Origin: Eledone cirrhosa
Lineage: Eukaryota
Direction of reading: 5' to 3'
DNA length: 64,000 bases
Assembly: GCA_964016885.1 (NCBI GenBank)
Contig: OZ024756.1
Coordinates: 13,268,001-13,332,000, forward strand
Shown here: piece by piece, positions 23,679 through 35,719 of the stretch
Numbering within the stretch: the first letter of the stretch is position 1
How the letters are laid out: the number at the start of each line of letters is the position of its first letter
The notes under the pieces: generated by a model
The model's database searches: none
What the model was told of the DNA's origin: nothing
What the model saw: only the letters and a program-made list of their open reading frames with translations
Program-made: the position numbers and the translations under genes

Positions 23679-23800
23679 AGAGTGGGTAATAGGAACCAGT
23701 AAGACCCCGACAGCTGAGCTCAAGCCGTTTCGACGGCTAATTCTCAGAATTAGCCGTCGAAACGGCTTGAGCTCAGCTGTCGGGGTCTTACTGGTTCCTA
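23679..23800. repeat. Perfect fold-back palindrome (~55-bp arms) centred on a hammerhead helix II
   Basis: TAGGAACCAGTAAGACCCCGACAGCTGAGCTCAAGCCGTTTCGACGGCTAATTCT-C-AGAATTAGCCGTCGAAACGGCTTGAGCTCAGCTGTCGGGGTCTTACTGGTTCCTA. Confidence 0.9.
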
Positions 23801-23834
23801 TATATATATATATATATATACATACACCTACACC

Positions 23835-23872
<38 letters not shown>

Positions 23873-23888
23873 CACATACACCCACACC

Positions 23889-23922
<34 letters not shown>

Positions 23923-23994
23923 CACATACACATACACCCACACCCACACCCACACACATATATATATATATCTATATATATATACACATACACC

Positions 23995-24030
<36 letters not shown>

Positions 24031-24154
24031 CACATACACCCACACACACACACATATATATATATATCTATATATATATACACATACACCCACACCCACA
24101 CACACACACATATATATATATATCTATATATATATACACATACAACTACACCCC

Positions 24155-24188
<34 letters not shown>

Positions 24189-24308
24189 CACACACATACA
24201 CACATATATATATATACACATACACCCACACCCACACACATATATATATATATATATACACCTACACCCACACCCACACACATATATATATATATACACA
24301 CATACACC

Positions 24309-24340
<32 letters not shown>

Positions 24341-24425
24341 CACACATACACCCACACACCCACACATATATATATATATATATACGATATTAAACAAATG
24401 GAAACTATATTTATAAAACCATATT

Positions 24426-24491
24426 TATTTCATTATATATATTTCTGGGATATCATATTAAAAATATGGTATGCCTTCCTCAGACAAAATA
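24426..24491 (-). ncRNA. Type I hammerhead ribozyme (somewhat degenerate helix II)
   Basis: UAUUUUGU-CUGAGGA-AGGCAUACCAUAU...AUAUGAUAUCCCA-GAAA-UAUAUA-UA-AUGAAAUA. Confidence 0.7.
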
Positions 24492-24633
24492 CAATATATA
24501 AGCCGTTTTATAAATAAATTTAACATACCTTAAAATAATGCAACTTCCATTTAAAAAGTTGATTTGCTGTTGAGTTCTTTTAAATCAGTTATAAAATATT
24601 TACTCGTTGTAACCCAATTTTAAATAAAACTTT

Positions 24634-24697
<64 letters not shown>

Positions 24698-24900
24698 TAT
24701 TTATTTATTTATAACTGATTCAAAGCAGGTGATTCAGTGAATTATATATATATATTATATATATATATATATATATTATATATTATATATATATATGTAT
24801 TATATATATATATAGTGAAAAATTGAACGGGAACAAAACAGAGAGGCAGTACGAACAAAGGTTTATTAGTTTCACGCTCTTGAGAGTGGGATGGTGGTGG

Positions 24901-24938
24901 AGAACGACGTTTCGGGCATAAGCCCTTCTTCAGGTGAA
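24901..24938 (-). ncRNA. Minimal Penelope-type hammerhead in a pLTR fragment (~24815-25375)
   Basis: CUGAAGA-AGGGC(UUAU)GCCC-GAAA-C-GUC, followed by AAUAAA and a (TA)n end. Helix I is weak. Confidence 0.65.
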
Positions 24939-25185
24939 AAGTGTGTGGGAAGAGAGTTCCAAGGGTGTGTAGGGGAATGGTGGAGAGACATATAGCAAAA
25001 AGGGGCTGAGAGGAAACGGTGCAAATGAAATTAAAAATAAAGGCATGATCAAAATAAAATTATAATGGGGTAAAACAGGTGGTGGAAGGATGTGGGGCGT
25101 GTAGGGGTGGTGGCAGGTGGAGTGGGGAGAGGGAGGCGAGGTGTCCGAGCGGGGAGGGCTGAAGGTGGTGTGTGTGTGTATGTGT

Positions 25186-25248
<63 letters not shown>

Positions 25249-25458
25249 AAAGCAAGGGTTGAGGGAAGAACGGGGTTGCATGTTCAGGAAAAGGTGTGTG
25301 TGGGGTGGGGTGTAGGTCGGAGTGTGTGTGCGTGTGTGGATAGAGGGTGGGGGGAGAGGATTCCGGAGGCTGAATATATATATATAAAAACCTTTTTCCT
25401 AGAGCTGATTTACTGTAATGAGACTATTTTGAGTTTCTAACTCAATACAAGCTTTTGG

Positions 25459-25494
<36 letters not shown>

Positions 25495-25501
25495 TACAAA
25501 T

Positions 25502-26112
25502 ATGGTGGCTGCCAACTCGTTTTCGAGTACAGCCACTACTTTATATCCATATAGGAGAACCCCTACCGATGCGCTGAACGAGTGTGACTTTTTAGTCCAG
25601 CCAGCAACTTGAAAACTCTGGTACAAACACTACACTTGTGACAATTATTGACACATAGTGCTGGGCCCATGGTACCATGTGACGACAAGTGCAGAGAGAT
25701 CTCCAGATATAAAGCAATGCCTGTGCCGTGAAGCTTTTATAGTGAGCAAAGGCACTGCACAAAGCCAGTCCCACTCTCTTAACCAAGATGATATTTACCA
25801 AAAAGAAGAGCAAGTCAACATCATTGGATACCATCAGGGTTGCAGGTGTTATATCAGAGTTTTCCTTCTCCTAGAATTCTGCCTTGACAAAGGCTAAGGG
25901 GTCATCTCTCCCGGTGATGTTGGATGGCCATTGACTCTTAAGAGATCCTTTGCCCTTTTGACAGGTTTTGTTTTTAGTCCTGCAGGATGTCCAAAGTCAC
26001 CCTCCTCACCAAGAAACCTTGGTGGGGTTGCCAGTTTAGTCGCCAACGACCCGACCATGAGACAGGTTGTACTGGGATACATGTTACCAGTAGCACCAAC
26101 TGGTTACCTGAC
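25502..26112 (-). mobile_element. Full-length copy of the ~610-bp RTE-derived element
   Basis: Near-identical to 3837-4445 over its whole length. Confidence 0.8.
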
Positions 26113-26143
<31 letters not shown>

Positions 26144-26255
26144 CATATATACATACATACATACATATATATATATACATATATATACATACACATATAT
26201 ATATATATACATATATATACATACATATACATACATACATATATATATATACATA

Positions 26256-26287
<32 letters not shown>

Positions 26288-26409
26288 CATATATATATAC
26301 ATATATACATATATATATATATATACATATATACATATATACATACATACATACATACATACATATTAATTCAAAATATTAACAAAATAGATATTCTTGT
26401 GATCAATTA

Positions 26410-26476
26410 TATTTTATTATACATATTTCAGAGGTACTGAGTTAAGTTCAACAGTACGTCCTCATCAGATAAAATA
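26410..26476 (-). ncRNA. Type I hammerhead ribozyme
   Basis: AUUUUAU-CUGAUGA-GGACGUACUG(UUGAACUUAACU)CAGUACCUCU-GAAA-UAUGUA-UA-AUAAAAU. Confidence 0.82.
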
Positions 26477-26556
26477 AAATGATACATGACATACCCTGAT
26501 ATGGTAGATGGTTAAAACTCATTCTTTGATGTATTCATTGAACCTTGTATAACTCT

Positions 26557-26641
<85 letters not shown>

Positions 26642-26674
26642 GAAAGGTATAGAAAACACTGCAGCGAAAAGCCA

Positions 26675-26734
<60 letters not shown>

Positions 26735-26821
26735 AGCAAAGGGATATTTAATTTCCAGGGATAACTTGAACCGTTAAGGTATATTATCCTTAGTCATGTC
26801 AAATATTTATAAAACATTTTG

Positions 26822-26883
26822 TATTTTATCTGATGATAGCGTACCAAAATTTTTGGTGCCCTTGAAATATATATAATAGAATA
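26822..26883 (+). ncRNA. Type I hammerhead ribozyme
   Basis: UAUUUUAU-CUGAUGA-UAGCGUACCAAA...UUUGGUGCCCUU-GAAA-UAUAUA-UA-AUAGAAUA. Confidence 0.8.
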
Positions 26884-27135
26884 AATATATATAATAGAAT
26901 AAATAGTGAACTCACAGGAGGCATTATATATATATATATATATATATAACAAAGGAATTGTGGTAAGGAACCAGATGGACCATAACGCACCAGAGTACTC
27001 AATACTTAGGGTAGTAGAGTGGGAATAAGAAAAAGTATGACTCCAACGGCAGAGCTCAAGCCGTTTCGACGGCTATTTGAGTCCAGAAATAGCCGTCGAA
27101 ACGGCTTGAGCTCTGCCGTCGGGGTCATACTTTTT

Positions 27136-27197
<62 letters not shown>

Positions 27198-27334
27198 TAG
27201 AAGGGATATTTAATTTGTTGGAAATCCGACAAATATAAATATAAATGTTAACTGATTTAGAGCATTCAACAAATTCCTGGAGTAAATATACAATAATATT
27301 AAATAAATGGAAACTATATTTATAAAACCATATT

Positions 27335-27397
27335 TATTTTCTTATATATATTTCAAGGGTACCAAAACACTTTGGTGCGCTTTCTTCAGATAAAATA
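27335..27397 (-). ncRNA. Type I hammerhead ribozyme (inverted partner of 27457-27519)
   Basis: UAUUUUAU-CUGAAGA-AAGCGCACCAAA...UUUGGUACCCUU-GAAA-UAUAUA-UA-AGAAAAUA. Confidence 0.8.
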
Positions 27398-27456
27398 TCC
27401 AACTGATAAGGTATATGATTTTCCTGGGTATGTCTCTATTTATAAAACAAACTTTG

Positions 27457-27519
27457 TATTTTATCTGAAGAAAGCGTACCAAAGTGTTTTGGTACCCTTG
27501 AAATATATATAATAAAATA
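27457..27519 (+). ncRNA. Type I hammerhead ribozyme (best-paired copy)
   Basis: UAUUUUAU-CUGAAGA-AAGCGUACCAAA(GUGU)UUUGGUACCCUU-GAAA-UAUAUA-UA-AUAAAAUA; helix I is a perfect 8 bp. Confidence 0.88.
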
Positions 27520-27558
27520 AATATGGTTTTATAAATATAGTTTCCATTTATTTAATAT

Positions 27559-27622
<64 letters not shown>

Positions 27623-27710
27623 AACATGGGGAGAAGAATGCTGCACGGTTGCACATGGAATACATATTATAAAATTAGTCCCTCATCAGTGATTTGCCAA
27701 CGATCATTGG

Positions 27711-27742
<32 letters not shown>

Positions 27743-28037
27743 TTGTAGAGGTTATATTTAATTTGTTGGGATACAACAAGCTAAATATCTTTATAACTGA
27801 TATAAAGCAGGTGTCTCTCTCTTTCTTTCTTTCTTTCCTTCGTTTTTTTTCTTTCTTTTCTTTTTTTCCCCTATTCCAACGGCTTAATTTAAATATACTG
27901 TTTTAAACCTTCCAACACTAATTTGCATAATAAACCAACACTAAATCTAATAACTCCACTATCGAGGAGATTCCAACCAGAATGGTTGCATTTTTTAAGG
28001 GTATGTCAATATTTATTTATAAAACTAACCTATATTA

Positions 28038-28103
28038 TATTTTATCTGATGAAAGCGCACCATAGCTTGCTCTGGTGGCCCTTGAAATATGTATAATGAA
28101 ATA
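28038..28103 (+). ncRNA. Type I hammerhead ribozyme
   Basis: UAUUUUAU-CUGAUGA-AAGCGCACCA...UGGUGGCCCUU-GAAA-UAUGUA-UA-AUGAAAUA. Confidence 0.8.
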
Positions 28104-28141
28104 AATATGGTTTTATAAATATAGTTTCCATTTGTTAATAT

Positions 28142-28190
<49 letters not shown>

Positions 28191-28229
28191 GATATTAATA
28201 AATGGAAACTATATTTATAAAACCATATT

Positions 28230-28294
28230 TATTTCATTATACATATTTCAAGGATACCAAGTTAAATTATGGTATGCCTTCATCAGACAAAATA
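28230..28294 (-). ncRNA. Type I hammerhead ribozyme (left arm of the 28190-28790 inverted repeat)
   Basis: UAUUUUGU-CUGAUGA-AGGCAUACCA...UGGUAUCCUU-GAAA-UAUGUA-UA-AUGAAAUA. Confidence 0.82.
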
Positions 28295-28678
28295 CAATAT
28301 ATATCAGTTTTACAAATAAGCATTGACGTACCCTTTCAAAATGCGACCATTACTTTTGGACGACATCAGGATAGTGGTTTGTTTATATTATTTTAGTAAG
28401 TCTTTTTTCTTTATTTATCTCTCCCTTTTTCTCCACGCTTTTCTCTCTCTCTCCGTTTTTTCTCCACGCTTTTCTCTCTCTCTCCGTCTTTTCTCCACGC
28501 TTTTCTCTCTCCGTCTTTTCTCCACGCTTTTCTCTCTCTCTCCGTCTTTTGTAATTGTCCTTAACACTAAGACTTACTAAAATAATATAAACAAACCACT
28601 ATCCTGATGTCGTCCAAAAGTAATGGTCGCATTTTGAAAGGGTACGTCAATGCTTATTTGTAAAACTGATATATATTG

Positions 28679-28743
28679 TATTTTGTCTGATGAAGGCATA
28701 CCATAATTTAACTTGGTATCCTTGAAATATGTATAATGAAATA
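28679..28743 (+). ncRNA. Type I hammerhead ribozyme (right arm of the 28190-28790 inverted repeat)
   Basis: Exact reverse complement of 28230-28294. The ~215-bp arms appear identical (the same 64-aa pseudo-ORF is on both strands). Confidence 0.82.
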
Positions 28744-28870
28744 AATATGGTTTTATAAATATAGTTTCCATTTATTAATATCGTATATCTACTCCAAATA
28801 CTTGTCGAGTGCTTTATATCAGTTATAAAAATATTTACTTGTATCCCAACAATTTAAATAGAACTTTTGC

Positions 28871-28961
<91 letters not shown>

Positions 28962-29584
28962 GACATAAAGAAAAAGATGATGGGCACAAGACCACAGTCA
29001 CTTACCTGTGTGATGGAAAAGTAATCCAAGAGCCAATAGAATTAAATAACTTTTGTCATTCATTGTTGTCGTTGTTCTGGTTGCGGTGTGCTTGTTATGT
29101 GTGTTTATATATATTTATGTGTGTGTTCCTGTTTACGTATATATCATCGATGTATTATATATATGTGTTTAAGTGTATATATATATATGTGTGTGTGTAT
29201 GTGTTTACGTATGTATTAGTGTATTTGTATGTATGTGTATGTGTGTGTATGTGTTTACGTATGTATGAGTGTATTTGTATGTATGTGTATGTGTGTGTAT
29301 GTGTTTACGTATGTATGAGTGTATTTGTATGTATGTGTATGTGTGTATGTGTTTACGTATGTATCAGTGTATGCGTACGTGTGTGTATGTGTTTACGTAT
29401 GTATGAGTGTATGTGTGTGTGTATGTGTGTATGTGTTTACATATGTATGAGCGTATGTGTGTGTGTATGTTTTTATATATGTATGATTGTATGTGTAGAT
29501 TGCGAAGAAATCGGCGCAGAGTAAAAGACGCAGCCAATTGGTAAAGTGAAGAATACTGGTGTGGTAAGGTGGCGGTTGAGGAGA

Positions 29585-30517
29585 ATGGTGGGATGGGAGA
29601 ATAGAGGAATGGGGGGATAGAGGGATGGTGGAATAGAGGGATGGGAGAATAGAGGGATGGGGGTATAGAGGAGTGGGGGGAGATAGAGGAGTGGGGGGAT
29701 AGAAGAGTGGGGGATAGAGGAGTGGGGGGAGATAGAGGAGTGGGGGGATAGAGGAGTGGGGGGAGATAGAGGAGTGGTGGAATAGAGGAATGGGGGGATA
29801 GAGGAGTGGGGGGAGATAGAGGAGTGGGGGTATAGAGGAATGGGGGGATAGAGGAGTGGGGGGAGATAGAGGAGTGGTGGAATAGAGGAATGGGGGGATA
29901 GAGGAGTGGGGGGAGATAGAGGAGTGGTGGAATAGAGGAATGGGGGGATAGAGGAGTGGGGGGAGATAGAGGAGTGGGGGGATAGAGGAGTGGGGGGAGA
30001 TAGAGGAGTGGTGGAATAGAGGAATGGGGGGATAGAGGAGTGGGGGGACAGAGGAGTGGGGGTATAGAGGGATGGGGGATAGAGCGATGGGGGTATAGAG
30101 GAGTGGTGGAATAGAGGGATGGTGGAATAGAGGGATGGTGGAATAGAGGGATGGGGGGATAGAGGGGTGGGGGTATAGAGGAGTGGGGGATAGAGGGATG
30201 AGGTAACCAAAGTGACAAATAATGGAAGGAAGGAACGGGAAAGTGAGAGAGAGAGAGTGAGAGGAAAGGGGGAGTGTGAGAGAGAGAGGGTGGGAGAGTG
30301 AGAGAGAGGAGTGGGAGAGTGAGAGGGTGAGAGAGTGAGAGGGTGGGAGAGAGAGGAAGATGGAAAGGGAGAGAGAGGGAGTGGGAGAGTGAGAAAGAGA
30401 GGAAGATGGAGAGGGAGAGAGAGGGAGTGGGAGAGTGAGAAAGAGAGGAAGATGGAGAGGGAGAGAGAGGGTGGGGTAGAGAGATGGAGTGAGGGAAAGA
30501 AAGAAAAGGAGAAAAAG

Positions 30518-30548
<31 letters not shown>

Positions 30549-32165
30549 AAGATAGATAGATAGAAAGCGAAAGAAAAAAGGGAAAGAGGGGGTAATAAAA
30601 ATATATAAAGAAACAAAGGGAGAAGGAGAAAGAGAAAGATAGAGAGAAAGAGAGAGAGAACATTAGATGGAAAAAGAGAGAGTGGTGATGGTAGTTGTGG
30701 TGGTGGTGGTAGTGATGGTGATGGTGGTGGTGGTGGTGGTAGTGGTGGGGTGGTGGTGGTGGTGATGTTGGTGGTGGTGGTAGGGATGGTGGTAGTGGTG
30801 GTGGTGGTAGTGGTGGGGTGGTGGTGATAGTGGTGGGGTGGTGGTAGTGGTGGGATGGTGGTGGTGGTGATGTTGGTGGTGGTGGTAGTGATGGTGGTGG
30901 TAGTGATGGTGGTGGTGGTAGTGATGGTGGTGGTGGTGGTAGTGGTGGGGTGGGGGTGGTAGTGATGTTGGTAGTGGTGGTAGTGATGCTGGTGGTGGTG
31001 GTAGTGATGGCGGTGGTGGTGGTAGTGATGGTGATGGTGGTGGTAGTGATGGTGGTGGTAGTGGTGGTGATGGTGGTAGTGGTGGTGGTGATGATAGTGG
31101 TGGTGGTGATCGTGGTGGTGGTGGTGGTGATGGTGGAGGGGTGGTGGTGGTAGTGGTGGTGGTGGTGGTAGTGATGGTGGTAGTGGTGGTGGTAGTCATC
31201 GTGGTAGTGGTGGTGGTGATAGTGGTGGTGGTGATGGTGGTGGTGGTAGTTATGGTGGTGGTGGTAGTGGTGGTTGTGGTGGTAGTGATGGTGGTGGTGG
31301 TGATAGTGGTGATGGTGGTGGTGGTGGTGGGGTGGTGGCGGTAGTGATGGTGTGGTGGTAGTAGTGATGGTGGTGGTAGTGGTGGTGATAATGGTGGTTG
31401 TTGTTGTTGTAGTAGAGATGATGGTGGTGGTGGTAGTACTGGTAGTAGTAGAGATAGTGGTGGTAGTGATGGTGGTGGTAGTAGTGATTATCGTAGTAGT
31501 GGTAGTGAAGGTAGTTGTGGTAGTAGTGGTATTAGTGGTAGTTGTGGTAGATGTGGTAGTAGAGATGGTGGTGGTTGTAGTTGTAGTTGTGGTAGTTGTG
31601 GTAGTAGTGGTAGTTGTAGTAGTTGTCGTAGTAGTGATGGTGGTGGTAGTGGTAGTTGTGGTAGTGGTAGTTGTGGTAGCAGTGGTAGTAGTGGTAGTTG
31701 TAGTAGTTGTCGTAGTAGTGATGGTGGTGGTAGTTGTCGTAGAATGTTGTGGCAGTGGTAGTAGTAGTAGTTTTGGTAGTTGTGATAGTAGTGGTAGTTG
31801 TGGTAGTAGTGGTAGTAGAGATGGTGGTGGTAGTGGTGGTAGTTGTCGTAGTAGTGGTAGTAGAGATGGTGGTGGTAGTTGTGGTAGTTGTCGTAGTAGT
31901 GGTCGTAGTGGTGGTAGTTGTCGTAGTAGTGGTAGTAGAGATGGTGGTGGTAGTTGTCGTAGTGGTAGTAGTAGTGGTGGTAGTTGTCGTAGTAGTGGTA
32001 GTAGAGATGGTGGTGGTAGTTGTGGTAGTGGTCGTAGTGGTAGTAGTAGTGGTGGTAGTTGTCGTAGTAGTGGTAGTAGAGATGGTGGTGGTAGTTGTGG
32101 TAGTAGTGGTCGTAGTAGTGGTGGTAGTGGTAGTAGTAGTTGTCGTAGTAGTGGTAGTAGTTGAG
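29585..32165. repeat. G-rich low-complexity block: GATAGAGGAGTGGGGG units, (GA)n, then (GGT)n/(GTA)n
   Basis: Directly visible; source of the poly-P/V/T/H ORFs. Confidence 0.9.
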
Positions 32166-32626
32166 GTAGTTGTCATGCCTTCCATATACCTCTGCCACTA
32201 TGTATCCAATGAATTACTAGTTTGAGTTACTCTGTTAGTTTTCAGCCACCATCACCTCCAATTCCCAAGAGAGATGAAATCTGTCTTACTACTTGGGTGT
32301 TCATTTATATATCAGCAAGTTAGAAAGAAGGTGAATTAAGGGTTGATGTCAAGAAAGGGGGGGGGGGGGGCAGAAAGATAGAAAATTGTATTAAATGAAG
32401 GTACAGTTCAACCTTTTTTTTTCCATTCTGATATAAAATCTAATTAAATGAATGAATGAGTTTTCAATAATCTCTCCTGAGGTTAGTTATCACTTCATTC
32501 CATGTGTAACTAAGTGTACATCTCTTTAGTGGGAGTCATGGTTGGAACAATACATATAACGTTGCCCTTAGGTTAACTTTCACTTCATTCCATGGTGTAA
32601 CTAAGTGTACAACTGTTTAGTGGGAG

Positions 32627-33348
32627 CAGTGCCGAATTTACCACTGTGCTTAGGTGTGCTTAAGCACAGGGCCCCATTGGCCAGGAAGGGTGGGGGGATG
32701 GGGGACACATCTTCCTACCAACATTTTTTTACGATGAATTTTTCAAATGTTTGGGGGCCTCATAACTTAAACACAAGGCTTTATTTGTCCTAAATCATAA
32801 CTAACACAGGGCTTCATTTGTCCTAAATCATAACTTAACTAACACAGGGCTTTATTTGTCCTAAATCATAACTAACACAGGGCTTCATTTGTCCTAAATC
32901 ATAACTTAACTAACACAGGGCTTCATTTGTCCTAAATCATAACAACTAACACAGGGCCTCATTTGTCCTAAATCATAACTAACACAGGGCTTCATTTGTC
33001 CTAAATCATAACACAGGGCTTCATTTGTCCTAAATCATAACTTAACTAACACAGGGCCTCATTTGTCCTAAATCATAACTTAACTAACACAGGGCCTCAT
33101 TTGTCCTAAATCATAACTTAACTAACACAGGGCCTCATTTGTCCTAAATCATAACTTAACTAACACAGGGCCTCATTTGTCCTAAATCATAACTTAACTA
33201 ACACAGGGCCTCATTTGTCCTAAATCATAACTTAACTAACACAGGGCCTCATTTGTCCTAAATCATAACTTAACTAACACAGGGCCTCATTTGTCCTAAA
33301 TCATAACTTAACTAACACATGGCCTCAGTTGTCCTAAATCTGGCACTG
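32627..33348. mobile_element. hAT-type MITE with an internal 36-41-bp minisatellite expansion
   Basis: TIRs CAGTGCCGAATTTA / TAAATCTGGCACTG; perfect 8-bp TSD AGTGGGAG; unit AACACAGGGCCTCATTTGTCCTAAATCATAACTTAACT repeated across 32765-33340. Confidence 0.85.
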
Positions 33349-34440
33349 AGTGGGAGACATGGCTGTAGCAATACATATAACATTGAAATATATTACAACA
33401 TTCCACAGAGGGCCAATTGATCGATGTACCGACTAGCATGGTAGTGGTTAAGTTACTACTTATTTCCAGTCTTGAAGTCTCTGTTCAATTGGCCGTCTTC
33501 CTCAGAAACGATGATATAGCACTGAAATATCTACCTACACCTGATTTCTGTTTCTTTATTGTTCTTGTGCACAAACTCATATATGTAAATGACTCAGTAA
33601 CCCAGATGGATTTTCTTTGAGGATACCTTAAGCTGTGATCACCTACCACAAGTACTACTGGTCACACCGCCAAATCTCACTACCACCATCCTTTCAAGGA
33701 CACATTGTTCTAACAATGTTATCAGCCGCACAACAACCTGGTGGATATCATCATCATCATCATCATCACCGTTTTACGTCCGTTCTTCCACGCTAGCATG
33801 GGTTAGACAGATTGTCCTGTTGTGGGGCGGTGTCCAGTCGGCTGACCATGCCTTGCTTATACGGGGAACTGATTCTGGCTTGATGTCCTTCCTAACACCA
33901 ACCTCATTTACAGCGAGTGCTGGGTGCTTTTTTCCATGGTGCCTACATATCCACTTTACAGTGTGGGCTGGGTGCTTTTTTGCAGTGGCATCTCCACGAC
34001 CACTTTGCAGTGGGAGGATGTGGGGGCATATATTCTATATGCTTCAGATTTGGCTTGTACCCGTGGGGGGGTCGGATATATATATATATATACATATATA
34101 AACATGCACTGTTACTTAATTCCATTATCAAACTACATGATGGTTTGCTGGCTCTCCCTGATTGGCACGATTGAAGTAGATGATGAACCTGAAAATTAGC
34201 AGGAAAAACGCTAATAGAGATCTATGAACAGTAACTAATGGCAGTGAGCAAGGAAATAAAAACCAGTTTTGTATGTTAGTATGTCATCAAAGTCAGTTCT
34301 TGTACACATTCACAACACATTGTTTGATTTGCATTTTTTGAAAACATTTTTACCAACTGCATTAAGAATCAATGTCTTTGATCCTACATTTTTGACTTGG
34401 TCATATATACCAGATAATCCAACACAACCATCATCTAACC

Positions 34441-34687
34441 GAGAGGTTCTCAAACTTTTTGGGGCCACTGCCCCCTCACGGTCATGTAATACCCTCAGCG
34501 CCCCCAATCCAGAGAGACCTGTAAATTGTAAATAATATAATACAGACTATACATTAATAAGTAGTATATATTTTTTTTATTTTATTATATTTATATATAT
34601 GTATTATTTGATATTTAATATACTATTATATCATCTCTATGACCCCAAGTGCCCCCTGGGAGGCAGTGCCCACTTTAAGAACCTCTG
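34441..34687. mobile_element. hAT (Charlie-like) MITE
   Basis: TIRs GAGAGGTTCTCAAACT / ACTTTAAGAACCTCTG; flanks ATCTAACC / ATCTAATC. Confidence 0.65.
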
Positions 34688-34928
34688 ATCTAATCCAAGT
34701 GTGGAAAAATAGATGTATGATGATATTTACATTTTTTTCAATTAAAAAAAAAATCAAATAAAATATTTTTTGATGTAAAGAAAAATTATTTATTTATATT
34801 ATTTCAAACATTTTTAATATTTCATAAATAAAAGTAAAAGAAAACCCACAAAAACAAGCAGGAAGTAGGGTTTAAAAATAATGCATCAACGAAACCCACA
34901 AAATTTGGTGTCATTGGGAAATGCCAGC

Positions 34929-34962
<34 letters not shown>

Positions 34963-35719
34963 TAAGACAGGAGAGAGATAAGGAAAGCTGATTAAATCAG
35001 GAAAACCTCATTTGATATTCTTCAGCTCTGATTTTATTTATTTTTTAAAATAGGTAGAAAAAACAAAGCAATCATCTAAAGAATGATTTTAGAAGAAATA
35101 TAATCTATTTTATATTAAGTTGGCCTTGTTTTATAAATACTGAATGGAAATATAGACACGTAAATCATGGTCCTGTAACTCCTAGGAAAGTTGTAGGGGC
35201 ACTGCATTGACATATAGCATTTCCAGGGTAGTTTTTAAACCTGGCAGAGTCCATCTCTCTCCAGGTCTGAATACAGTAGATTTCTTCTAGAGAAGGATAA
35301 AGAGTGAGAGATATAGAGGAAGAATTAACCACAGTATTAGACTGGTACTTTTTTTATTGACCTAGAATGGATGAAAGACAAAGTTGACCTTCGTGGGATA
35401 TGAACTCAGAGCAGAGAGCCAAAACGAATACCACAAAGCATTCTAATGACTGCCAATTCGCCACCATTAGCCTTTATATATACTGAATGAAAATGTAGAC
35501 ATTTAAATCTATTTTATATTAAGTTAGATTTGTTTCAATTCATTTTATAAATACTGAATGAACAGATATTTAAACAGGCTTCAGTAGGAAACTGAAATAA
35601 TTTTCTCAGTGTAGATGACTGAGTTGTTAAGATATCTGCCTTGTAATATGAGTAACAGTATAATTATTATGTGATTAACTTGTAATATTGGGTTCAAAGC
35701 CAGCCATGAATGGATGACC

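Noticed and set aside
27640-27700. CUGAUGAG on the minus strand within the cluster
   Set aside because: No matching helix II-GAAA is recognisable; at most a decayed remnant.
33455-34200. Possible minus-strand exons with AG/GT boundaries (33460-33545, 34115-34192)
   Set aside because: No recognisable protein similarity or consistent reading frame; could be UTR or lncRNA but unsupported.
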